DNA of 64,000 nt, from the NCBI GenBank assembly GCA_035303185.1, contig DATGRX010000064.1, positions 2,539 through 66,538 of the forward strand, given 5' to 3'. The stretch's first letter is position 1. The number at the start of each line of letters is the position of its first letter. The position numbers and the translations under genes are program-made. The DNA comes from Bacillota bacterium (GTDB taxonomy: Bacteria; Bacillota; Bacilli; Bacillales; Amphibacillaceae). This document shows, piece after piece, positions 46,121-55,552 of this stretch. The notes under the pieces are model-generated. The model saw nothing but the letters and a program-made list of their open reading frames with translations, searched no databases and was not told the origin of the DNA.

Positions 46121-46824
46121 AATCGATGTCTTTCCATCCTGTAATATTCTCTAAAGATCTTCATCAGGGCTCTTTTTTCAATTCTGGATACATAACTCCG
46201 GGAAATATTTAGACGTTTCGCAATTTTCTTTTGGGTCATCGTTGGATAATTGTTCAGTCCATATCGATAAACGATGACCTCTTTTTCTCTTTTGTCTAAC
46301 ACATCAAAATATTGTTTCATATTTTCAATTTCCATATTTAGCTGGATATATTCAATAATATCTTGATTTTCAGCTTCTAAAATGTCCATAAAGTTAATTT
46401 CATTTCCTTCTTTATCTTGACCAATCGGTTCATAGATGGAAACATCTTTTCTTACCTTTTTTAAATTTCTTAAATGCATTAAAATTTCATTTTCAATACA
46501 CCTTGCTGCATATGTAGCGAGCTTAGCTTTTCGACTAGGATTATACGTTTCAACACCTTTAATTAATCCAATTGTTCCGATAGAAATTAAATCTTCAGTA
46601 TCTTCCCCGGTGTTATCGAATTTCTTCACGATATGAGCTACTAAGCGCAAATTATGTTCGATAAGCATGTTTCTCGCGTATTTATCTCCTTCAAGCATTT
46701 TTTCAATATATCTTTTCTCTTCTTCTGCTGATAATGGTTGAGGGAAAGCCTTATTTTTTATATAAGAAACAAAAAAGATAAGTTCTTTAACGACAACCGC
46801 CAAAGCACTTAATATACTTGACAT
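46111..46824 (-). CDS. sigK: Pro-sigma-K, uninterrupted (no skin element)
   Basis: Pro-sequence ...[31 protein letters not shown], continuous [22 protein letters not shown]. Confidence 0.97.
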   Translation of the reverse strand: MSSILSALAVVVKELIFFVSYIKNKAFPQPLSAEEEKRYIEKMLEGDKYARNMLIEHNLRLVAHIVKKFDNTGEDTEDLISIGTIGLIKGVETYNPSRKAKLATYAARCIENEILMHLRNLKKVRKDVSIYEPIGQDKEGNEINFMDILEAENQDIIEYIQLNMEIENMKQYFDVLDKREKEVIVYRYGLNNYPTMTQKKIAKRLNISRSYVSRIEKRALMKIFREYYRMERHRFQS

Positions 46825-46858
46825 ATAAAGCCACCGCCTTTAAATCTAATTAGGTATT

Positions 46859-46910
46859 AGCCTATATGGGTCATTTATATGTCTGAAAATTTAATTTGTG
46901 TCTGTCCACA
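46859..46910 (-). promoter_or_regulatory. sigK promoter (SigE/SigK, SpoIIID-type)
   Basis: Minus strand GGACAGACACA-N15-CATATAAAT...CATATAGGC resembles the B. subtilis sigK promoter as recalled. Confidence 0.7.
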
Positions 46911-46927
46911 TAAAAAAATGATGACAT

Positions 46928-47302
46928 TTATGAATTGTCATCATTTCTCATTTTATATTGCTCAAAAGCATCTTCTTGTTTATTAAGAATTGGTTTAACA
47001 CCACTCATATGTGCAGCACGGGAAAGCATATGTCCTCCAACAGGAGAGGTCAGTACGATAAATAGAATGGCTAATAGTAATTTTCCACTTACGATACCTT
47101 TTGCTCCATACAGAAATAAAAACGTAGCGATAAGAATACTCATAACTCCTAAAGTAGGTGATTTCGTTGCTGCATGTAATCGTGTATAGACATCTGGAAA
47201 TCTTATGATACCTATTGAACTAGAGACGATAAAAAAAGTTCCAATGAGTAATAGTAAGATAATAATGATATACATGATGATATCAATCAATGTCCCGGTC
47301 AA
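46928..47302 (-). CDS. mrpG: Mrp/Mnh antiporter subunit G
   Basis: RFPDVYTRLHAATK, LTSPVGGH; probable TTG start at 47302 overlapping the end of mrpF. Confidence 0.93.
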   Translation of the reverse strand: MTGTLIDIIMYIIIILLLLIGTFFIVSSSIGIIRFPDVYTRLHAATKSPTLGVMSILIATFLFLYGAKGIVSGKLLLAILFIVLTSPVGGHMLSRAAHMSGVKPILNKQEDAFEQYKMRNDDNS

Positions 47303-47594
47303 TGATAACACCCTTCTCCATGTATTTAGCAAAAGCTAACGTTCCAATAAATAATAAAATTCCGATGAGTAAAATAACATCATTTAGCTTTGATGTAACA
47401 AGAATAATTGATGTTAATGCAGTAATTGCTAATAAATTCATTCCTAAAGCATCTAAAGCTACTGCTCGATCTGGATTTGTAGGTCCTTTGATAATTTGAT
47501 AAAGTAATAAAATTAGGGAAAAGGCAATACCGATCATACATATAGCTGTAATAACAGGTAATAGATTTTCTACAAATTCAAGTATTTCTGTCAT
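47283..47594 (-). CDS. mrpF: Mrp/Mnh antiporter subunit F
   Basis: KGPTNPDRAVALD, FIGTLAFAKY. Confidence 0.93.
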   Translation of the reverse strand: MTEILEFVENLLPVITAICMIGIAFSLILLLYQIIKGPTNPDRAVALDALGMNLLAITALTSIILVTSKLNDVILLIGILLFIGTLAFAKYMEKGVIIDRDID

Positions 47595-48067
47595 TTTGTA
47601 ACCTCCCTAATTGCGGCTTCAAAAGTGTCTTTAATCGAACGAATTTCATCTTCTACACTTTCAACATGCATGGCATGGACAAATATCGTTTTATTATCTT
47701 CAGAAATAGCAACAGAAAGTGAACCTGGTGTAAGTGTAATTAAATTAGCTAAAAGGGTTAATTCCCAATTTGACTTAAGTTCGGTAGGATAGGCGAACAC
47801 TCCTGGTTCAAAACTAGGTTCTTTTTGATAGACAAGCTTAACGATTTCAATGTTTGATAAAATTAACTCTCGTAAAAAAATGATGATGAGCTTGATTATA
47901 CTATAAACTCGTAGTAAGTATAATTTGCCGGGAATAAATCGCCTGAGTATTGTCAGTAAAAGGGCTCCAATTAAAAAGCCGATTAAAAAGCTATTTAACG
48001 TGTATGTTTCACTTAAAAACATCCACATGACAGAAATTAGTAAATGCACGATAATTTGAAAGGCCAT
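47591..48067 (-). CDS. mrpE: Mrp/Mnh antiporter subunit E
   Basis: MAFQI, WMFL, LANLITLTPG, FVHAM. Confidence 0.95.
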   Translation of the reverse strand: MAFQIIVHLLISVMWMFLSETYTLNSFLIGFLIGALLLTILRRFIPGKLYLLRVYSIIKLIIIFLRELILSNIEIVKLVYQKEPSFEPGVFAYPTELKSNWELTLLANLITLTPGSLSVAISEDNKTIFVHAMHVESVEDEIRSIKDTFEAAIREVTK

Positions 48068-48072
48068 ATAAA

Positions 48073-49548
48073 TTACTCCTTTAATACGAAGTCGATATAA
48101 ATATTAGGATCTAATAGGTATTTAGCGATATTTTCAACTGTTGGAAAAACAAATTCTGCACCGATCCCTAAAAATATAGAGAGAGACAGTAAAAAGATAA
48201 TCGGTCCATAAAAGCCTTTAATTGATTTCTTTTTAAAGGATTTATTTTCTGCCCCCCAAAAGGCATAAATGAAGATTCTCATGACGGAATATAAAATGAG
48301 TAGGCTCGTTAATAAGCCAATAATAACAATAAGGATGGCTTCCTTAGTTAAAGCACCTTTTAATAATAGTAATTTACCAATAAAGCCACTAAAAGGTGGG
48401 ATACCTGCTAAAACAAAGGCAGCAATAAATAGAAGCCAACCTAATAGTGGATACTGATTGATTAATCCACTCATTTTCCGTAGATCAGACGTACCGGCTA
48501 CATATGCGATAACACCAACAATCATAAACAGTGCAGCTTTTATAATCATATCATGAATTAAATAATAGATAGAGCCGCTAAGGGCATCACCATTAAAGAT
48601 AGCGATTCCTAATAACATAAATCCAATGGCAGGAATCACATTATACGCAATAATTAACTTAATATTGTTTGTTGAAAGAGCACCAATGACCCCAAAAATA
48701 AGTGAAAGTCCAGCAATCCATAAAAACAATGTTGGTGTATAATTTGTTTCGAAAGTAAACATAAGTGAAAATGTACGTAAAATAGAATAAACACCAACCT
48801 TCGTTAATAAAGCTCCAAAAAGAGCAGAGACAACAGGATTTGGAACGACATAAGAATTAGGCATCCAGTAGTAAAGAGGGAAAAGCGCTGCTTTTGTTGC
48901 AAAAACAAAGAATAATAAAATACTTATCGTTGTTAAAATTCCTTGTTGTTCTGCTTCTTGCACACGCTCAGCTATATGTGCCATATTTACTGTTCCAACG
49001 ACAGAATATAAAAAAGCTACTGCCGTTACAAAAATAACAGAAGAAAATAGGTTTATGAGCACATACTTTAATGATTCTCGTAATTGAACACGGTCACCGC
49101 CAAGTACGATTAGTGCATACGAAGCCATTAATAACACTTCAAAAAAGACGAATAAATTAAATAAGTCTCCAGTTAAAAAGGCCCCGGATACTCCTGAAAT
49201 TAAAAAGAAAAAGAATGCGTAAAAATAATGTTTCTCCTTCTGTTCACTTAAAGAATGTGGTGCATAAAAGGCGGCTGCTGTTGCAACGATATTCGTTATA
49301 AATACAATAACAACAGCTAATGAATCGGCTACAAAAACAATACCATAAGGTGCCGCCCAGCTTCCTGTTTCTAATACAATCGTGCCATCATTTATAACAA
49401 TCCAAAGTAAATATCCAGAAACGACTAAAGAAACGATGGAAAAGATTTTAGTTACTGTCCTAGAAACTTTATTGTATTTATTTGTAAATGCTAAAATGAT
49501 TCCAAAAAGTAATGGTAAAATAATTGGTAAAACTACTAGATTACTCAT
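48073..49548 (-). CDS. mrpD: Mrp/Mnh antiporter subunit D
   Basis: GAFLTGDLFNLFVFFEV, KAALFP, LLTKVG, LAGIPPFSGF. Confidence 0.95.
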   Translation of the reverse strand: MSNLVVLPIILPLLFGIILAFTNKYNKVSRTVTKIFSIVSLVVSGYLLWIVINDGTIVLETGSWAAPYGIVFVADSLAVVIVFITNIVATAAAFYAPHSLSEQKEKHYFYAFFFFLISGVSGAFLTGDLFNLFVFFEVLLMASYALIVLGGDRVQLRESLKYVLINLFSSVIFVTAVAFLYSVVGTVNMAHIAERVQEAEQQGILTTISILLFFVFATKAALFPLYYWMPNSYVVPNPVVSALFGALLTKVGVYSILRTFSLMFTFETNYTPTLFLWIAGLSLIFGVIGALSTNNIKLIIAYNVIPAIGFMLLGIAIFNGDALSGSIYYLIHDMIIKAALFMIVGVIAYVAGTSDLRKMSGLINQYPLLGWLLFIAAFVLAGIPPFSGFIGKLLLLKGALTKEAILIVIIGLLTSLLILYSVMRIFIYAFWGAENKSFKKKSIKGFYGPIIFLLSLSIFLGIGAEFVFPTVENIAKYLLDPNIYIDFVLKE

Positions 49549-49879
49549 GTTCGTTACCCCTTAACTCTTCCATATTGTCTGTTTTATTTTCTGTTGCTGT
49601 ACGATAGGCGAGGACTAAGACGACGCTTGTTACTCCAAAACTAATAACTATTGATGTTAAAATCAATGCTTGTGGTAAAGGATCGGTATACTTTGAAATT
49701 CCTTCCGTTAATACCGGTGGGGCTCCTCTTTTTAATTTCCCCATCGTTAAAATAAATAAATGCCCAGCATGGGATATCAAACCTGTTCCTATGACAACGC
49801 GGAGCAATTGTTTTTGTAATATGTTGTAAACACCAACAGCAAATAAAATTCCAGCTAATATTGAAATGATGATTTCCAT
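49541..49879 (-). CDS. mrpC: Mrp/Mnh antiporter subunit C
   Basis: DPLPQALILTSIVISFG. Confidence 0.95.
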   Translation of the reverse strand: MEIIISILAGILFAVGVYNILQKQLLRVVIGTGLISHAGHLFILTMGKLKRGAPPVLTEGISKYTDPLPQALILTSIVISFGVTSVVLVLAYRTATENKTDNMEELRGNEHE

Positions 49880-52207
49880 TTATTTCGCCTCCTTATTCTT
49901 TCGTAAACGAATGAGGCTAAATACAGCTAATCCAGCAATTCCTAATACAGTAATTTCAAAAAGTGTATCAATTCCACGCATATCAACTAATATGACATTA
50001 ACGACGTTGTGACCACCAGCAATTGTTAAAGATGTTTCTAAAAAGTAATCAGAAATTTTATCAAACCAGTCTGTACTATGAGCAGAAATACCGATAGCCG
50101 CCATCAATGCTCCGAAACTAATCGAAATAAATAGGTTAACAGCCTTTGTACTTGGTTTTTCAATTCGCTTTTCTAATTTTGGTAAATGGTAAAACGCTAA
50201 TAGAAATAGTACAACTGTTGCTGTTTCAATGACTAATTGGGTAAGAGCTAGGTCTGGTGCACGATATAAGACGAATAGCATCGCTACACCATAACCTACG
50301 ATACCTAATACTAATATGGCTGAAACTTTATGGTTCATAAATAAGGTACCAATGGCTGCAGTAATGATAATAATGATAATTGAAATTTCAAGGATCGTTA
50401 TTTCAGCTAAATCTTCCGTACTAAACGTAAATCCACCGGTCATAAACATAAAAGCAAAGGTAATAATAGATAATGTTCCGAGAATAATCGCCATATAATT
50501 TCTTACAGAGCCTGTCATATGTGTTTGGTTAATTTTCACAGGATAATCGTATAGTCTTTCAACAAACCAATCATATACTCGGTTAAAGCTTGCTTTTCCA
50601 GGCAATACATCATACATTTGCTCCCATTTTGGTTTTGTGGCGTAAAGCAGAGCTCCTAGACCAACGACAATTAAAGACATGACAAATGGGGTGGAGAAGC
50701 CATGCCAAAACTTTATCGTTTCATAATTTTCAACACCGCTAACAGATGTAGCAGCAAAGGTAATGAGACGATCATTTATCCAATTTGGGAAAAGTCCAAT
50801 TAATACGACACCAATAGTTAATATGATTGGTGGAATTAACATTCCTAATTTTGCCTCTTTTGGGTCATGAGCTAGTTGATGTTCTTTTCGATTAGAAAAT
50901 ACACCAAATAATAAATACATAGAATAAACAAAAGTAAAAATACTACCGATTACGGCTAAATAAGGAATAACACTTGTTAAAAATGAACTTACACCGTTAA
51001 AGGATGGTAATGATAATGACGCATCAAAAAAGAGTTCTTTACTATAGAAACCATTTAAAAATGGTAATGGAATACCTGCCATGGAAAATGTACCTAACAT
51101 TGCTAATGTAGCAGCAATCGGCATAAATGACATGAGACTTCCAAGCTTTCGAATATCCCTTGTACCCGTTTGAACATCGACAATTCCCGCAACCATAAAT
51201 AGACCACCTTTAAAGGTAGCATGATTGATAATATGAAAGATTGCTGCGAAAATAGCTATCTCAGTTCCAAAACCGAGCATAGCCATAATCATACCTAATT
51301 GACTGATCGTTGAAAAAGCTAAGATTGCTTTTAAATCTGTTTGTCTGACGGCCATATATGAGCCCCAAACGAGTGTTGTAATTCCGACAATCGTAACAAT
51401 AATAAAGAACCAATCACTATTTGAGAAAATAGGAGATGTTCTTGCAATTAAATAAAGTCCAGCTTTTACCATTGTTGCAGAGTGTAAGTACGCACTAACA
51501 GGTGTCGGTGCTTCCATAGCATCTGGCAACCAAATGTGGAAAGGAAATTGGGCAGATTTTGTAAAGGCTCCGATAAAAATTAAGATTAAAATAAGTAAGG
51601 CATAATCATTTGATAAAATAATGTCACTTCGTTCCATCATCGTTTGGAAACTTGTCGTTTCAGCTATGATGGAAAGAAAGATTAGTCCACCAAGCATACT
51701 CAAACCACCGAAGACAGTAATGAGAAGCGATTTTAGCGCGCCATAACGGGAACGCTCTTTGAAATGCCAATAACCGATTAATAAAAATGAAGAAATGGAT
51801 GTGAGCTCCCAAAAAGTATAAAGAACAAATATGTTGTCAGATAATACAACACCTAACATTGCTGACATAAAAAGTAACAAATATATATAAAAATGTGTTA
51901 AACGTTCTGTTATATCTAAGTAGTAAACTGAATACAAAACAACTAAAGTTCCGATACCGCTTATAAGTAAAACAAATAATAAGCTTAATCCATCTAAAAA
52001 TAAGTCGAAATTAATATGTAAAGATGGAATCCATTTAAATGTGTATTGTTGATTCGTAAAATCTCGCCCAAAAAAAGTTAGAAAGTAAATGAATATTGAG
52101 AATGGAATAAAAAAGATGACGATTCCTGGATGAAATTTATGTTTATATTTTGTAATGAATGGAACAAAAATTGCAAAAATAATAGGTAGTAGTATGGCTA
52201 GTAACAT
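49880..52207 (-). CDS. mrpA: Mrp/Mnh antiporter subunit A (unfused, 775 aa)
   Basis: FWELTS, KSAQFPFHIWLPDAMEAPTPVSAYLHSATMVKAG, APDLALTQ, NVVNVILVD.RG.DT. Confidence 0.95.
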   Translation of the reverse strand: MLLAILLPIIFAIFVPFITKYKHKFHPGIVIFFIPFSIFIYFLTFFGRDFTNQQYTFKWIPSLHINFDLFLDGLSLLFVLLISGIGTLVVLYSVYYLDITERLTHFYIYLLLFMSAMLGVVLSDNIFVLYTFWELTSISSFLLIGYWHFKERSRYGALKSLLITVFGGLSMLGGLIFLSIIAETTSFQTMMERSDIILSNDYALLILILIFIGAFTKSAQFPFHIWLPDAMEAPTPVSAYLHSATMVKAGLYLIARTSPIFSNSDWFFIIVTIVGITTLVWGSYMAVRQTDLKAILAFSTISQLGMIMAMLGFGTEIAIFAAIFHIINHATFKGGLFMVAGIVDVQTGTRDIRKLGSLMSFMPIAATLAMLGTFSMAGIPLPFLNGFYSKELFFDASLSLPSFNGVSSFLTSVIPYLAVIGSIFTFVYSMYLLFGVFSNRKEHQLAHDPKEAKLGMLIPPIILTIGVVLIGLFPNWINDRLITFAATSVSGVENYETIKFWHGFSTPFVMSLIVVGLGALLYATKPKWEQMYDVLPGKASFNRVYDWFVERLYDYPVKINQTHMTGSVRNYMAIILGTLSIITFAFMFMTGGFTFSTEDLAEITILEISIIIIIITAAIGTLFMNHKVSAILVLGIVGYGVAMLFVLYRAPDLALTQLVIETATVVLFLLAFYHLPKLEKRIEKPSTKAVNLFISISFGALMAAIGISAHSTDWFDKISDYFLETSLTIAGGHNVVNVILVDMRGIDTLFEITVLGIAGLAVFSLIRLRKNKEAK

Positions 52208-52284
52208 TCAAAAGGCCTCCTCTGATGAAACGAACTATAATAAAATTGTATACTACTTCATTATTCCATTGATAATGAGCAATT

Positions 52285-52449
52285 TCAATTATTTAGAAGT
52301 TTATTTTGTTTACAAACCAACTTCTTTTTTGACAGCAAGTCTCTTTTCACGAGTTCTTTTTTTATTAAAGCAATGAATTCGTCACTTAAGTTTAACTCTT
52401 TTGCTTTAACATAAGTTTCCATAAGAAGTTTATCACATAAAATATCCAA
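52285..52449 (-). CDS. sda: Sporulation histidine kinase inhibitor Sda
   Basis: L.DKLL.ETY.KAKELNLSDEFI.LI..EL..R; TTG start after GGAGTGA; divergent from yqeG. Confidence 0.92.
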   Translation of the reverse strand: MDILCDKLLMETYVKAKELNLSDEFIALIKKELVKRDLLSKKKLVCKQNKLLNN

Positions 52450-52550
52450 TATACTCACTCCAAAACGCATTTAAAAATGTATATACATAATCTATCACGA
52501 TTTAAAATTAAGAACAAGATTGAGATATACACGTATAATTGTTTATAACT

Positions 52551-52624
52551 TGTGTATAACTCTCGAAAAAACATAATGAAACTCAATAAGTAATGAGCTT
52601 TGCCTGTGTATAAACTTATCCACA
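52551..52624. promoter_or_regulatory. DnaA box cluster upstream of sda
   Basis: TGTGTATAA at 52551 and 52605, TTATCCACA at 52616 (consensus TTATNCACA). Confidence 0.85.
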
Positions 52625-52773
52625 TTACAAATTGTTGTAACAATTTGTCGAGAAGTTTTTTACAAAAAGGTCAAAATACCACACGTTCTGACAATATATC
52701 TTTTCAATAAAGTGTGTATACGATAAGATAGTTTTATACGAAGATGAAATTATCATACTTATTTGAGGTGTTT

Positions 52774-53298
52774 ATGTTGCTACGTTCATTTTTACCGAAT
52801 TTATATACGACTGATATTTATCAAATTGACATCAAAGTCTTAAAAGAAAAGGGAATAAAGGGAATTATAACAGATTTAGATAATACATTAGTAGCTTGGG
52901 ATAAACCGAAGGCTACAAAAAGTGTAGAAGATTGGTTTCAGCAATTAGAGGATTATAATATCAATGTTATTATTATTTCTAACAATAACGAAGACCGAGT
53001 AAAGAAATTTTCTCAACCTTTAAATATTCCATATATACATAGTGCACGAAAACCTTTAAGAAAATCCTTTTTACGTGCAGCTGAAAGGATGAATTTACGA
53101 ACAAATGAAATTGCTGTTATCGGTGATCAAGTACTCACCGATGTTCTTGGTGGAAACCGTGGGGGCTTTTATACGATTTTAGTTGTCCCAATTGTAGAAA
53201 CGGATGCACCAATCACAAAGTTTAATCGGTTTATTGAACGAAGAATATTAAATTATTTTCGTAAAAGAGGAAAACTTGAAGAGGTGAAGAATTCATGA
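52774..53298 (+). CDS. yqeG: YqeG HAD IIIA phosphatase
   Basis: DLDNTL, SNN, ARKP, IGDQVLTDVLGG. Confidence 0.95.
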   Translation: MLLRSFLPNLYTTDIYQIDIKVLKEKGIKGIITDLDNTLVAWDKPKATKSVEDWFQQLEDYNINVIIISNNNEDRVKKFSQPLNIPYIHSARKPLRKSFLRAAERMNLRTNEIAVIGDQVLTDVLGGNRGGFYTILVVPIVETDAPITKFNRFIERRILNYFRKRGKLEEVKNS

Positions 53299-54413
53299 AC
53301 AAAGACTTGTATTGTCTAGGTTGTGGTGCAATTATTCAAACAAAAGATAAAGAACAAGCGGGATATGTCCCAGCCTCTGCGTTAAAAACACGGGATGATG
53401 TACTCTGTCGACGATGTTTTCGGTTAAAACATTATAATGAAACGGAGGATATCGAATTAACAGCAGATGATTTTCACCAAATGATTAGTGACATCCGCTT
53501 AAAAGAAGGAATTATCATTCATATGGTTGATTTATTCGATGTCGAGGGTAGTTTAATTGGAAGTCTCCCGCGAATGATTGGAAATAAAGATATTATTTTA
53601 GTTGGTAATAAAATAGATCTTTTACCAAAATCAACAAACAAGAGAAAATTAAGTCAATGGTTACGAAGAACTGCTAATGAAGTCGGAATGAAAGTAAAAG
53701 ATGTTTGCCTTATTTCCTCAACAAAAGGAATTGGATTAGAAGAATTAAAGTATTTTATTGAAAAGTATCGTGAACGCAAAGATGTGTACATCGTCGGAAC
53801 AACGAATGTAGGCAAGTCCACGTTAATTAATCGACTGATTCAGGATACTGTTGGGGAAGAAGATGTGATTACAACATCATATTTTCCAGGCACGACGCTT
53901 GGTTTTATTGAAATACCATTAGATGATTCCTCATCGTTAATTGATACGCCAGGAATTGTCAATGAAAGACAAATTGTCCATTATGTATCAAATCAAGACT
54001 TAAAAAAAATAACACCTAAAAATGAAATTAAACCTAGAACATATCAATTACGAGAAGGCCAAACTTTATTTTTGGGTGGAATTGCAAGATTTGATATTAT
54101 AAGTGGTGAGGACAATTCATATATATGTTATTTTTCAAATGAATTAAAAATCCATCGAACACCCTTAGATAATGCAGATAAGTTGTATCGTGAACATTTA
54201 GGAAAGCTTTTATCACCACCTAATAAAGAAACGATGAAACAATTACCTGAATTTACGAAAAATACATTTAAGATAACAGAAGATTTTACCGATGTTGTCA
54301 TTCCTGGATTAGGTTGGATAACGATTAAACATGAAGGAGTTACAGTAACCGTCCATTACCCAAAAAGTACGGCTGTTTCTTTACGAGAAGCTTTTACAAA
54401 GGATGGTCGATAA
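53295..54413 (+). CDS. yqeH: Ribosome biogenesis GTPase YqeH
   Basis: C..C/C..C Zn finger, NKID, GTTNVGKST, FPGTT, DTPG. Confidence 0.97.
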   Translation: MNKDLYCLGCGAIIQTKDKEQAGYVPASALKTRDDVLCRRCFRLKHYNETEDIELTADDFHQMISDIRLKEGIIIHMVDLFDVEGSLIGSLPRMIGNKDIILVGNKIDLLPKSTNKRKLSQWLRRTANEVGMKVKDVCLISSTKGIGLEELKYFIEKYRERKDVYIVGTTNVGKSTLINRLIQDTVGEEDVITTSYFPGTTLGFIEIPLDDSSSLIDTPGIVNERQIVHYVSNQDLKKITPKNEIKPRTYQLREGQTLFLGGIARFDIISGEDNSYICYFSNELKIHRTPLDNADKLYREHLGKLLSPPNKETMKQLPEFTKNTFKITEDFTDVVIPGLGWITIKHEGVTVTVHYPKSTAVSLREAFTKDGR

Positions 54414-55245
54414 AATGTTTCCTTTAGGTCTAATAGGATATCCATTATCCCATTCTTTGTCACCTTGGATACATCAAAGTTTTTTTGAAAAGGTTGATCT
54501 GTCAGGTACGTATAAACTGTACGAAATTGAACCAGAGATCTTTTCAGTAAAGTTATCTGAGATAAAGGAAAAAGTAGTCGGTTTTAATGTGACATTACCT
54601 TATAAGGAAAAAATAATATCTTATATTGACAAGTTAGATGAGACAGCAACTGGAAGTGGAGCAGTCAATACGGTCGTTAAAAAAGGTTCCGATTGGATTG
54701 GTTATAATACAGATGGAATAGGTTATATTCGATCCTTGCTTAATGATTATCCAACATTATTTAATGACAAACAATTACGAGTTTTACTTATTGGTGCTGG
54801 TGGAGCAGCTCGGGGTATTTTTCATGCTTTGCTTTTAAATGGGGTAAAAAATATAGATATCACGAACCGCACACTGGAACATGCTGAGCAATTAGTGGAG
54901 GACTTTTCATCCACAACAAATATATACTCACTTGATGCGATAAGTAAACATCTTGAGCATTATGATTTAATCATCCAAACAACCTCAGTAGGAATGGCCC
55001 CAAAGGATCAAGAGGCAATTATTTGTTTAGATGCAATCAAGAAAACAGCGATCGTTAGTGATATCGTCTATCGTCCACTAGAAACAAACCTTTTAAAAGA
55101 GGCGAGGAAACAAGGCGCACATATTCATTATGGACATACGATGTTACTCCATCAAGCAGCTTATGCGTTTGAAATATGGACAGGAAAAACTGTTCCTTTA
55201 GGTATGATGGCTAATAAACTCAAAATGAAATTGAAAGGAAGTTAA
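54403..55245 (+). CDS. aroE: Shikimate dehydrogenase
   Basis: HSLSP, NVTLPYK, GAVNT, NTDG, GAGGAA, NRT. Confidence 0.95.
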   Translation: MVDKMFPLGLIGYPLSHSLSPWIHQSFFEKVDLSGTYKLYEIEPEIFSVKLSEIKEKVVGFNVTLPYKEKIISYIDKLDETATGSGAVNTVVKKGSDWIGYNTDGIGYIRSLLNDYPTLFNDKQLRVLLIGAGGAARGIFHALLLNGVKNIDITNRTLEHAEQLVEDFSSTTNIYSLDAISKHLEHYDLIIQTTSVGMAPKDQEAIICLDAIKKTAIVSDIVYRPLETNLLKEARKQGAHIHYGHTMLLHQAAYAFEIWTGKTVPLGMMANKLKMKLKGS

Positions 55246-55246
55246 T

Positions 55247-55540
55247 ATGTTAACAGGAAAACAAAAACGATTTTTACGTGCGAAAGCAAATCAAATAAAA
55301 CCTATTTTTCAAGTTGGCAAATCGGGTGTTAATGAAAATATGACGAAGCAAATTAACGATACATTGGAAAGGCGAGAGTTAATAAAAGTAAGCATTTTGC
55401 AAAATTGCTTAGAAGATAAAACAACTGTTGCTGAACAAATCACCGAAGGAACAAATGCTCATATCGTTCAAATCATCGGAAACAATATCGTGTTTTATAA
55501 GGAATCCAAAGATCATAAAAAGATTGAATTACCATCATAA
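55247..55540 (+). CDS. yhbY: CRM-domain RNA-binding protein YhbY/YqeI
   Basis: MLTGKQKRFLR, QVGK.G, RELIKV. Confidence 0.95.
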   Translation: MLTGKQKRFLRAKANQIKPIFQVGKSGVNENMTKQINDTLERRELIKVSILQNCLEDKTTVAEQITEGTNAHIVQIIGNNIVFYKESKDHKKIELPS

Positions 55541-55552
55541 AAGGAGTTTCTT

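Noticed and set aside
46480-46500. skin-like element interrupting sigK
   Set aside because: The reading frame is continuous through the usual insertion motif, and there is no recombinase nearby.
52455-52643. 62-aa ORF upstream of sda as a possible missing mrpB
   Set aside because: Too short, no MnhB motifs (no PGGGF), no RBS, and it overlaps the DnaA box region.
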